Shown here piece by piece: positions 21,902 to 33,314 of a stretch of DNA of 64,000 nt (the stretch's first letter is position 1; the number at the start of each line of letters is the position of its first letter). Both the position numbers and the translations under genes were made by a program. The DNA is from an uncultured delta proteobacterium (GTDB lineage Bacteria; Desulfobacterota; Binatia; UBA9968), in contig CAWFJP010000003.1 in NCBI GenBank assembly GCA_963816145.1, positions 576,001 to 640,000 on the forward strand. The letters run 5' to 3'. Below the pieces are notes generated by a model that saw only the letters and a list, made by a program, of their open reading frames with translations, did not search any database and was not told where the DNA came from.

Positions 21902-22026
21902 GGGAGTGATTCTTCCAAGCGAAACCGGCTAATGACCAGGAGATAGCTCGAATGATACGCGAGATAGAGGATATGGCGAAAGACGAAGCTGAGAAACAGC
22001 TCATTGGACAGAAAATGCGAAGCTGA
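21902..22026 (+). pseudogene. Deletion scar of an A*-T gene (5' end joined to 3' tail)
   Basis: GGAGGTCACT-GGG-AGTGATTCTTCCAAGC matches the start of the 30509 gene with ATG changed to GGG. It continues directly into QAKPANDQEIARMIREIEDMAKDEAEKQLIGQKMRS*. Confidence 0.75.
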
Positions 22027-22040
22027 AAACCACACTAGAT

Positions 22041-25000
22041 ATGAACCAATCTATGAATCATGGGCTCTCGCATCCGCCGCAGCAACAGGCGGTCTGTGAC
22101 AGGTGCATTTACCCATCAGGGACGTTTGTCGAGTTTCCCGTGGAAGACATCGACAGCTCGATCCCGGCGCGGTTTGAGAAGATCGTGCGGCTATATCCCG
22201 ACCGGATCGCAGTCAAGATGGGCGACCGCACGCTGGCTTACAAAGAGCTGAACCGTACAGCCAACCGGATTGCACGAGCAATTTTAGCGAAACGCGGTTC
22301 GGGCGCTGAACCGATAGCTCTCCTATTTGAACATGGCGTCGATGTTATTGCCACGATCTTTGGAATTTTAAAGGCCGGCAAGTTCTACGTTGTCATCGAT
22401 CCATCATTTCCGGTGGAAAGAATCAGCTTTATTCTGGAGGACTCAGGTGCAGGCTTAATCGCCCACAATAGCCACAATTTGGCTCTTGCTAATGAGCTGA
22501 AAAATGACACTCGCACGTTGTTGAATATCGACGAAATCAGCGACTCCGCGTCCCCCGACAACGTCGGCCTTTCTGTGTCGCCGGATGATCTTGTGACTAT
22601 TTGCTACACTTCTGGTTCTACCGGCAAGCCAAAGGGGGTGATCGAGGCACATCGCAGCGTTCTCCATAGAGTCAAACTATTTATAGAGAGAGAGAGCATT
22701 TGTGTTGATGACCGATTAACCCTTCTTCATCCGCTTAGTTTCGCATCAGGGCATACCCACTTGCGAGTATCCCTCCTAAATGGAGCTTCTCTGTTTCCTT
22801 TCGATATCAAGTCGGAGGGCATCGATCGTTTGTCGCGATGGCTTCGGACGGAAAGAATCACTATTTACCATTCGCCTCCGTCTTTATTTCGGCAGCTTGG
22901 AGAATCACTCACTGGGCATGAAAAGCTCTCGAATATACGTTTGATCCATCTTACGGGAGCGCCGGTAACTCGATTGGACTTCGACCTCTACAAAAACTGC
23001 TTCGGACCAGAGACCTTGCTAAAATTTGGAATGGGTTCGACGGAAGCACGAGGTATTTGTTCCGCGATCGTGGACCAGACTTTTTCATTTCCTGAAAAAG
23101 GCACACCGATCGGATATCCCGACCCGTACAATAAAATCCTCTTGCTTGATGAAAACGGTAGCGAGGTTGGACCTAATGAGGTAGGCGAGATCGCCGTCAA
23201 GGGCCGCAACCTGAATCCAGGCTACTGGCAGAGAGCGGACCTTACCCAGGCTAAGTTCCGGTCCGATCCGACTGGCGGCGACGAACGGACCTATTTAACG
23301 GGTGATCTTGGGCGTATGTTGCCGGATGGTTTTTTGATTCATTTGGGCCGCAAGGACCTGATGGTCAAAATCAGAGGTTACCGAGTCGAACTCGCAGAGA
23401 TCGAGAAATTATTACTGGCTCACCCTCAGGTGAAAGATGCGGGCGTGGTCGCATGGGACCGTGAACCAGGGGAGAAATATCTGACTGCATACGTTGTCCC
23501 ACGCCATAATCCACCGCCTACAAGAAATCAGCTCAATGATTTCCTGATGACGAAATTGCCCCAATACATGATTCCATCGGCTTTTATGTTTCTCGACTCG
23601 TTTCCTTTAACAAACGGCAAGCTGGATCGCACGGCTCTGCCTAAGCCCGGGGGAAAAAGGCCAGACCTTAGCCAACCATATGGCGCTCCACGAAGTGAAG
23701 TCGAGCGGGAGTTGGTCCGGATGTGGGAGGAAGTTCTCGATGTTCGTCCGATTGGTATCCACGACACCTTTTTGGATTTAGGAGGTCATTCGCTCGCAGC
23801 AACACGGGTCGTCTCTCGGGTTACTAAGAATTTCGAATTAGAGCTGTCACTTCGATCTTTGTTCCAATCGCCCACCGTTGCCGATATGGCGGCCATCATC
23901 CTCGGTGAACTGACAGCGGAACAGCGTGTTGAGTTAGAATCGCGACTGTTGCAGAAGATCACACTTCCTAGCAACAGCGCCATTCCCCGACGAGACACTT
24001 TCTCGCCTTGTCCCTTATCCTTCGGCCAAGAGCGCCTGTGGTTCCTTAATCAACTAGAACCGGAAAGCCCGGTTTACAACGAGTCGAGCGCTCGGCGGTT
24101 AATTGGTGCGCTCGATGTCAACGCTTTAGAAAAAGCCTTCAATTGCGTAATTGCGCGCCACGAAGTTCTACGGACCACGATTGCGCTTGTTGACGGAAAC
24201 CCCATGCAGCGGATCGCGGCTTGCCGAACGATCGAACTGCCGGTGATAGATCTCAGGTCGCATTTCGACAAAGACCGCGATACCGAAGTGCAACGACTGA
24301 TCGATGAAGCGATCCGCCGCCCCTTCGATCTATCCAGCGACCTGATGCTGCGCACTTTACTACTCCGGCTCGACCACCAAGAGCACATCCTTCTTGTGGT
24401 CAAGCACCATGTTGCTACAGACGGCTGGTCCTCGGAACTCTTCTGGCACGAAGTTGCGACTTTGTATGCCGCTTTTAGCTCTGGACAGACCGCTAACTTA
24501 CCGGAGCTGCCGGTTCAATACGCAGACTACGCAGGTTGGCAGCGAGAACGGTTGCAGGGGGAGGTTTTAGAAAGTCAGCTTTCCTACTGGAGGAAGCAGC
24601 TAGCGGATGTTGCACTGCTGCAATTACCGACCGATCGGCCCCGGCCGGCGGTGGAGAGCTATCGGGGAGAAAAACAATCTTTCGAGCTCTCCAAGGAACT
24701 GGCCCTGAAGCTCAAAGTGCTCAGCCGAAGCCATGACGCAACACTGTACATGACGCTGTTGGCCGCATTTCAAACCCTGCTCTTTCGCTACACGGGGCAG
24801 GACGACATCGCCGTGGCTTCTCCCATCGCCGGTCGAACCCACGATGCGATCGAGGGACTAGTTGGATTCTTCGCAAACACACTTGTATTGCGGGCGGATC
24901 TCTCAAGCAGACCAACATTTCGTGAGCTGTTGGGACGGGTGCGCAGCGTCTGCTTGAGCGCATACTCCCACCAAGATTTACCTTTCGAGAAGCTCGTCGA

Positions 25001-28000
25001 GGAGTTGCACCCGGATCGACGTCTCAATCAAAATCCGCTATTTCAAGTCACGTTCCAGCTCAATAGCAATTCGCGGAAGCCGTTGACGCTCCCCGGCATT
25101 CGGGTTGAACAGATCGAGTTGGACCAACCGATGTCGAAATTCGACTTGAGCCTGTCCATGACGGACAGCGAAGAGTCGATGAGCGGGCGGATCATTTATA
25201 ACACCGATCTGTTCGACGCTGAAACCATTTCCCGTTTGCTCGGCCATTTCGAGGTCTTGCTGCGAGGCATAGTCGCTAATCCAGAGCAGAGAATATCCGA
25301 ACTACCGCTGCTCACCGAGGCTGAAAAACATCAAATCTTAGTCGAGTGGAACGACACCAAGACCGCATACCCGAATGATAAGTGCATTCACGAACTATTT
25401 GAGACACAGGTAGAGAAAACGCCGGATGCCATCGCCGTGGTATTCGAAGACCAGCGACTCACCTACCGAAAACTGAACCAAAGAGCCAACCAACTGGCGC
25501 ACTACCTAAGAAAACTCGGCGTCGGTCCGGAGGCATTGGTGGGCATTTGCGTCGAGCGATCCTTGGCAATGCTCGTGGCGATTTTGGGAATTCTCAAAGC
25601 CGGGGGCGCCTATGTGCCACTGGATCCGTCTTATCCTACGGAGCGACTGGCTTTTATCCTCGAGGATAGCCGGGCAGCGCTGCTGATCAGCCAAAGCTCG
25701 CTGATCGCGGGACTGCCGGTTCACAACGCAACGGTTCTTTGTTTGGATCAAGACTGGGGAGAAATTTCGACCCAGAGCCAAGACAATCCGCCGCCTTTAA
25801 CCACCCCCGACAATCTCGCCTATGTCATTTACACTTCCGGATCGACCGGAACACCTAAAGGGGCGCTGATCCCCCATCATAATGTCGTGCGACTCTTTCG
25901 CGCCACCGACTCCTGGTTTCACTTTGGCCCGGATGATGTCTGGACGCTGTTTCATTCCTATGCCTTTGACTTCTCCGTCTGGGAGCTTTGGGGTGCCCTT
26001 GTTCATGGTGGACGGCTGGTCATCGTGCCCTTTGACGTGAGTCGATCGCCGCGGGAGTTCTACGAGCTGTTATGCCGGGAGCAAGTCACGGTTCTCAACC
26101 AGACCCCCTCGGCGTTCCGACAGCTCGTGCAAGCGGAAGAGTCCATTACCGACACTAGCCGGCTCGGACTTCGTCTGGTGATTTTCGGCGGTGAAGCGCT
26201 GGACTTTCAGAGTCTCAGGCCATGGTTCGAGCGCCATGGCGATCAAAGGCCCCGGCTCATCAACATGTACGGGATCACGGAGACCACCGTCCATGTGACC
26301 TACCGGGAGATCAAGGAAGCGGACCTGAGTGTCGGCGGGTCTAGCCTGATCGGTGCGCCGATCCCGGACCTGGAACTTTACGTTCTCGATTCCCATCGCA
26401 ACCTGGTGCCGATCGGCTTACCCGGAGAGCTTTATGTCGGCGGGGCCGGTCTAGCCAGGGGGTATCTGAATCGGAGCGGGCTCACCGCGGAGCGATTTGT
26501 CGGTCATCCTTTCGATGATGGTGAAGGGCGAAGGCTGTATCGGTCCGGGGATCTTGTTCGGCGGCGCGCCGACGGGGACATCGAGTACTTGGGCCGCATC
26601 GACAACCAGGTCAAGATCCGCGGCTTTCGCATCGAACTGGGTGAGATCGAGGCAGTGCTCGCTCAGCACCCCTCCATCCAACAAGCGGTCGTCCTCGCTC
26701 GTGAAGACTCTCCAGGCGATAAGCGGCTGATCGCCTATGTAGTCACCGCTGACGGCTCGGCTATTTCGGTTCACGACTTACGTAGCTATCTCCGACTCAA
26801 GCTGCCCGACTACATGGTGCCCTCGGCCTTTGTGTTCCTCGATTCGCTGCCCCTCACGCCCAACGGCAAGCTCGACCGAAAGGCGCTGCCGGCTCCCGAT
26901 CACAGTAGGTCGAATTCAGATCAGAGCTATAGCGCACCTCGCACTCCAGTGGAAGAATTGCTCGCTGGGATCTGGGCCGAGGTCCTCAAACTCGACGAGG
27001 TCGGTATCCATGACAACTTCTTCGAGCTAGGTGGACATTCCCTCCTAGCCACTCAGTTCGTCGCGCGCATAAATACAGCGTTCCAGATCGATTTCCCCTT
27101 GCGCAGACTGTTCGAGACACCGACGATTGCCGGCCTCGCCGACTCGGTCCAGGCTAGTATGGAAATCGAGAAAGACTCACGCACAGTTCGATCCATCGTG
27201 CCGGTTCCGCGCAGCAACCACACCCCGCTCTCTTTCGCTCAAGAGCGTTTATGGTTCTTGGACCGTCTCGACCCCGATAGCCCAACCTACAACGTCCCGG
27301 CGGCTTTCCGCTTGGCCGGTGATCTCAACCTCAACGCACTGGAACAGAGCCTAAATGAGGTCGTGCGCCGTCATGAAGTTCTGCGCACGCTCTTTGCCAC
27401 CGTCAATGGCAATCCAGTGCAAAAGATTCTGCCCTCGTTGGCCATTGCGCTTACTCCCATCGACATTAGCCAGCAGCCAGAAAACGAACGCCAACCGGCT
27501 CTACAATCCCTGCTCAAAGAAGAAGCCGAGCGGCCCTTCGATCTTAGCCGTGGACCGCTGATACGGGCTCGGCTCCTGCGACTCTCCCCCTTGGACCACG
27601 TGCTCGCCTTGAACCTGCACCATAGCGTCTCCGACGGTTGGTCCATGGGCGTGCTCTTCCGCGAACTCTCGGCACTCTATCAAGCATACGGCTCGGGAGA
27701 ACCTAGTCCCTTGCCCGAGCTACCGGTCCAGTATGCCGATTATGCGATATGGCAGCGTGATTGGTTACAAGGTGAGAACCTCGACGTTCAACTTTCCTAC
27801 TGGAGAAAACAACTCGACGGTCTATCGACGCTCCAGCTCCCCACTGATCATCTCCGCCCGCCGGTGCAAACTTACCGCGGAGCTAGCCAGTCCCTAGAAC
27901 TTTCGGCGCAACTTTCTCAGGCGATCAAGGGTCTAGGCCGGCGTGAGGGCGTTACCCTGTTCATGACCCTGCTGGCGGCCTTCCAGACCCTGCTCTGCCG

Positions 28001-30453
28001 CTACTGCGGCCAGCAAGATATTGCCGTTGGCACTCCCATCGCCGGCCGTGTCCGTCAGGAGATCGAGGGACTGATCGGCTTTTTCGTCAACACCCTGGTC
28101 CTGCGCGCCGATCTTTCCAATAACCCGACCTTCAAGGAACTACTGCGACAAGTCCGTGAAACTACTCTGGAAGCCTATACTCACCAAGACCTGCCGTTTG
28201 AAAAACTCGTCGAGGAACTCCATCCCGAGCGCAATCCCAGCATCTCGCCGTTGTTCCAGGTCATGTTCATACTTCAGAACAACACTGAACAGCCTTTGGA
28301 ATTCAAACATCTGACCGTCAACCCTATTCGTAGGGGTAGTCAAGTCGCTAAATTCGACCTGTCGCTGACAATGTCCGAGAGAGACGGCACACTCCGCGCC
28401 GTGCTCAACTACAACACCGATCTGTTCGACTCGTCGACCATCGAGCGCATGCTGGGGCATTTTCAGATTCTACTCGAAGGCATTGTCGCCAACCCGGAAC
28501 AACCCATCAGTGGACTGCCATTGCTGACCGACCCCGAGAAACACCAACTCTTAGTCGAATGGAACGACACCAAGACCGACTATCCCAAAGACAAATGCAT
28601 CCATCAGCTCTTCGAAGAACAGGTAGAGAAAACTCCTAATGCCATCGCCCTGGTTTTCGAGGATCAACAGCTCACTTACTGTGAACTCAATGCCAGAGCC
28701 AACCAACTGGCGCACTACCTGACCACAGAGCGGCGCGCAATCAGGGACTGCGGTCGGTGTCTATCTCGAACGCTCCATCGAACTCGCGATCGCCTTATTA
28801 GCAGTTCTCAAAGCCGGAGGCGTTTATGCCCCTGTCGATCCGAGTTACCCGATCGAGCGAGCTACGTTTATTTTGCAAGACGTGCAGGCGCCTTTCATCG
28901 TGACCACTCGGGATCTAGCGTCGCAGCTTTCGTTAAATGGCGCGCGAACCGTCACTCTCGATACAGAATTGCAGAAACTCGATTGGGCCGATAATTCCAA
29001 TCCACGCATTGTCGTTGGGTCTCGGTCTCCGGCCTATATACTTTACACCTCGGGTTCCACGGGCACGCCGAAGGGCGTTGTGATGAGCCACCGGGCTCTG
29101 AACAATTTGATCTCCTGGCAGGTGAACAACTTCGGTGACGCCTTGCCAGCTCGGACCTTACAATTCGCACCCTTAGGTTTCGATGTTTCCATCCAGGAAA
29201 TGTTCTCCACCTGGTGTTCGGGCGGTTCGTTATACTTGATACCAAACGATGTGAGACAAGATGGCTTATGTCTAATGAAGTATATCGAAAAGCATTCGAT
29301 CGAGCGGATATTTCTGCCGTTTGTCGCTCTTCAACACTTCGCGGAGGTCGCGGTAACCGAAAGTTGTACTCCTCAGAGTTTGCGTCAGATCATCACCGCC
29401 GGCGAACAGTTGCGACTAACTAAACCGCTAAGAGTATTTCTGGACAGACTTGAAAACTGCCGCTTACATAATCAATACGGTCCCACGGAAAGCCATGTGG
29501 TGACCGAATATACACTCAACCCATCATTCCAACATGAGCCTGACCTTCCGCCCATCGGTCGTCCGATCGCAAATACAGAGATTTATATTTTGGATCCACA
29601 TCTAAATCCGGTACCAATCGGTGTCGCCGGGGAACTCTTGATTGGCGGAGTTGGCGTGGCACAGGGTTACTTCAATCGTGCAGAACTGACCCAAGAGAAG
29701 TTCATCGCTAGCCCATTCAGTACCACTCCAGGAGCGAGGCTATATAAAACCGGCGATCTGGCTCGCTACCTACCGGACGGCAATATCGAGTTCCTCGGCC
29801 GCATCGATAATCAGGTAAAGATACGCGGCTTTCGCATCGAGCTCGGTGAGATCGATGCCGTGCTCACTCAACACCCCGCCATCCAACAGGCGGTTGTGCT
29901 CGCGAGAGAAGACACACCGGGGGACCGGCGCCTCGTCGCCTACACGGTTGCGACTAGTGGCTCTACCCCTTCGGCGCACCAACTGCGCAGCTTTCTCCAA
30001 CTCAAGTTGCCCGACTACATGGTGCCTTCGGCATTTGTGGTTTTAGACGCTCTACCTCTGACGCCCAACGGTAAGCTCGACCGAAAAGCGCTGCTAGCTT
30101 CCGATCACATCAGACCCGAATTCGACGACGCCTTCGCTGCCCCAAGGACCCCCGTCGAAGAGATTCTCGCTAACATCTGGGCCGAGGTCCTCAAACTCGA
30201 CACGGTTGGAATCCATGACAACTTCTTTGACTTGGGCGGCCATTCTCTGCTGGCCACTCGGGTTATCTCGCGCATCCGCGACTCTTTCAAACTCGATTTG
30301 CCCTTAAGGACCCTGTTCGAAGCTCCGACGATCCGCGGTCTCGCCCGGAGGTTAACCGACTTCGAAATCAAACAAGATGTCACACACACCGCGCAAATTG
30401 CCCCAGTTGCGCGCGAGCAATATCGAGTCCGAACATCGAATTCTCAGCAATGA
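22041..30453 (+). CDS. NRPS D (one +1 frameshift at ~28725): A*-T-C-A(Thr)-T-C-A(Pro-like)-T + IAPVAREQYR tail
   Basis: ORFs 22041..28994 and 28873..30453 join as HYLT/QSGAQSGTAVGVYLERS. C motifs HHVATDG and HHSVSDG. Codes DFWNIGMVHK (Thr) and DVQFIAQVVK (Pro-like). Confidence 0.85.
26604..28714 (+). repeat. 2,111-bp direct repeat, copy 1 (Asub-T-C-start of next A)
   Basis: Identical line by line to 43344..45454 (offset 16,740). The ORF track shows identical alternative-frame ORFs in both copies. Confidence 0.93.
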
Positions 30454-30508
30454 TTAACCATAGCCGCGCTACTAACGAACGGGGAACCGTTCTCGATCGG
30501 AGGTCACT

Positions 30509-32479
30509 ATGAGTGATTCTTCCAAGCAGCAATCGACAATTCCGCCTGAACAGCAGGCGATCCGGGACGAGTGTTTTCATCCGTCGGGAACGTTCGTCGA
30601 GTTTCCCATAGAAGATATCGAGACTTCGATTCCGGCGCGGTTTGAGAAGATTGCCGGAATGTTTCCCGATCGGACTGCGATCACCACCAGGTTCCAAAGC
30701 CTTACATACGACGAGCTCAACCGTCTAGCGAATCGGTTAGCTCATGAACTGCTTGCCCAAAGAGGTAACGCGTCGGAACCGGTCGCGCTGTTTTTAGGTC
30801 GCTGGGACACTTTGGTCGTTGGACATCTTGCCGCTTTAAAGTCCGGTAAGTTTTCTCTGGCATTGGACCCAGGGAGCGAAATTGAGAGAACTACTCACCT
30901 GCTCCGTGATTCTGGAGCCGAAGTTGTGATCGTCGATGACGAAACCATCAAATCAATACATGGGTTGGTTGCGGAAAAGTGTGTGGTGATTCAGTTGAAC
31001 GAACTCTCGCCGAGTCTTTCGGAAGATAATCCACAGATCCTGGTACGTCCCGACGCCTACGCCTATGTTCGCTATACATCGGGGTCGACAGGGAGCGCCA
31101 AAGGCGCCGCGAAATCTCATCGTCACGTTCTTAAAGCCGTGATGGACTTTGTCAATCATTTCCATCTATGCGCCGATGACTCTGTCACGCTTCTCGGTTT
31201 CGCTTCGATAGGCAAGCACCTATTAATAGCCCTGCTCACTGGAGCGCGATTCTGCCCATACGATGTTCGGAACGAGGGGATCATTCATCTCGATGATTGG
31301 CTGCGTGAAGAGAGGATTTCGGTGTTTTACTCCTTCCCCACCGCGTTTCGTTATTTTGTCAGGAGCCTTGCCGACTCAGCGGTATTTCCCCAATTACGCC
31401 TGATCGAATTCGAAGGAGAACCTCTCTACAGAAGTGACGTTGAGATATTGATGAATCACGTTACTTCTAATTGCATCTTGGTCAACACTTTGTCGTCCGC
31501 CGAAACGGGGACCGTTAGTCTCTATTTTCTCGATATGAAGACAATCATAAACAGCGACAGGGTGCCGGTGGGCTATCCGGTAGAAGGGGTGGAGATCCTG
31601 ATTCTAAATGATGCGAGGCTGCCGTTGGGTATTGACCAAGTTGGCGAAGTTGCGGTTCGCAGCAGCTTTCTTTCCGGTGGTTATTGGCAAAAACCCGACG
31701 CCACCAGTCAAAAATTCATACCGCAAGCCGAAGACGGATCGAGCTTTATGTACTTGACCGGTGATCTTGGCCGCCTGTCGCAAGACGGTTGCCTGACGTT
31801 ATTCGGTCGTAAAGATTTTCAGGTCAAGATTCGGAGTTTCAGAGTCGATGTAACGGAAGTCGAAACGGTGCTTAGTCAACATGACGAAATATGCAGCGTC
31901 GCCGTGTCGGGGAGAGACGACCAGATCGGAAACAAAAGACTCGTGGCCTACGTAGTCCCGCGCGGTCGCCCTGAGCCCACGGTAGCGGCTTTGAAATTAT
32001 TCTTACGTGACAGACTGCCCGAATACATGATTCCTAGCGAGTTTGTATTCTTAGACGATCTTCCTTTAATGAGCACCGGCAAGATAGATCGTCGCGCGTT
32101 GCCCGACCCGAACAACCAGAGACCGGATCCTCGGTTAACTATCGTGGAACCGAGAACGCATGTAGAAAAAACGCTCGCTGACATATGGGCCGAAGTCCTG
32201 CTTGTGCCTAAGGTTGGTCTCCATGACAATTTTTTCGACTTAGGCGGCCATTCGCTGGCGGCTTCCCAAGTGATCTCGCGGGTGATCCAAACATTTCAGC
32301 TAGAGCTACCAGTTAAAGCGCTTTTCGATGCTCCCACAGTCGTCGATATGGCGCTCATCATCACGCAAAACCATGCGAAGCTGGCAAGCGAGGCGGAGCT
32401 AGCGCGGCTGCTGAGCGAGGTCGAAGCAATGACCGATGTAGAAGCTCAACGACAACTAGCACCGATCGACGGCAAATAG
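30509..32479 (+). CDS. NRPS E: stand-alone A*-T didomain + acidic tail
   Basis: PEQQAIRDECFHPSG, YTSGSTGSAKG, LTGDLG, GRKDFQVKIRS, TGKIDR, GGHSL, tail LLSEVEAMTDVEAQRQL. GGAGG RBS present. Confidence 0.9.
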   Translation: MSDSSKQQSTIPPEQQAIRDECFHPSGTFVEFPIEDIETSIPARFEKIAGMFPDRTAITTRFQSLTYDELNRLANRLAHELLAQRGNASEPVALFLGRWDTLVVGHLAALKSGKFSLALDPGSEIERTTHLLRDSGAEVVIVDDETIKSIHGLVAEKCVVIQLNELSPSLSEDNPQILVRPDAYAYVRYTSGSTGSAKGAAKSHRHVLKAVMDFVNHFHLCADDSVTLLGFASIGKHLLIALLTGARFCPYDVRNEGIIHLDDWLREERISVFYSFPTAFRYFVRSLADSAVFPQLRLIEFEGEPLYRSDVEILMNHVTSNCILVNTLSSAETGTVSLYFLDMKTIINSDRVPVGYPVEGVEILILNDARLPLGIDQVGEVAVRSSFLSGGYWQKPDATSQKFIPQAEDGSSFMYLTGDLGRLSQDGCLTLFGRKDFQVKIRSFRVDVTEVETVLSQHDEICSVAVSGRDDQIGNKRLVAYVVPRGRPEPTVAALKLFLRDRLPEYMIPSEFVFLDDLPLMSTGKIDRRALPDPNNQRPDPRLTIVEPRTHVEKTLADIWAEVLLVPKVGLHDNFFDLGGHSLAASQVISRVIQTFQLELPVKALFDAPTVVDMALIITQNHAKLASEAELARLLSEVEAMTDVEAQRQLAPIDGK

Positions 32480-32489
32480 AGCGCAGACG

Positions 32490-33308
32490 ATGAATTCAGG
32501 CGATCTGAAAAAGCAATTAGACGAACTATCTTCTGCAAAACTTACGCTACTCGAGAAGCGGCTTCTCGAAGCCGGCATCAAGAGCTCGGCGCTACATAAA
32601 ATTCCGCGACGGACCGACCGCGAGTTTGCACCGCTTTCATTTACTGAGCGGCGGCTATGGTTTTTAAACCAACTAGAACCGAAAAGTCCTGCGTACAATG
32701 AAGCCCGCATTCCACACCTCACGGGCCCTCTAGACTCGAAGGTTTCGGAGCGATGGTTCAACGCCCTCATCGACCGCCACGAAACTCGGCGAACGACGTT
32801 CGCGACGGCTGCCGGCTCGACGATCGCAATCCGTGACCTCCGCAGCCTTCTCCAACGCAAGCTCCCCGACTACATGGTGCCCGCGGCCTTCGTGTTCTTA
32901 GACTCGCTGCCGCTTACGCCCAACGGCAGGCTCGACCGCAAAGCGTTTCCGGCTCCCGATCAGTCCAGACCCGAGCTAGACGATACCTTTGCCCCCCCAC
33001 ACACTCCGGTGGAGGAATTACCCGCTAACATTTGGGCCGAGGTTCTCAAACTCGACAAGGTCGGCATTCACGATAACTTCTTCCAACTGGGCGGACATTC
33101 CCTCCTCGCCACGCAGATCGTTTCGCGCGTTCGCGATGCCGTCAAATTCGATTTGCCGTTAAGGACCTTGTTCGAAGCACCGACGATCCATCGCCCGGTT
33201 CGACAACTGCAAGACCTCCGAGATAAACAAGATGTCACACAGACGGCGCAAACTGCCCCCATTGCACGGGAGCAATATCGAGCTCAAAACTCGAGCGATC
33301 AGGACTGA
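32490..33308 (+). pseudogene. NRPS F: internally deleted C-A-T gene, in frame (docking helix + start of C fused to end of Asub + intact T)
   Basis: PLSFTERRLW...RHETRRTTFAT runs straight into AAGSTIAIRDLRSLLQRKLPDYMVP. GGHSL is retained and A10 reads NGR. Confidence 0.8.
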
Positions 33309-33314
33309 TGGACA

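Noticed and set aside
20495-28735. Programmed ribosomal frameshifting at the two NRPS frameshifts
   Set aside because: No slippery heptamer or homopolymer run at either site. Mutation or sequencing error is simpler.
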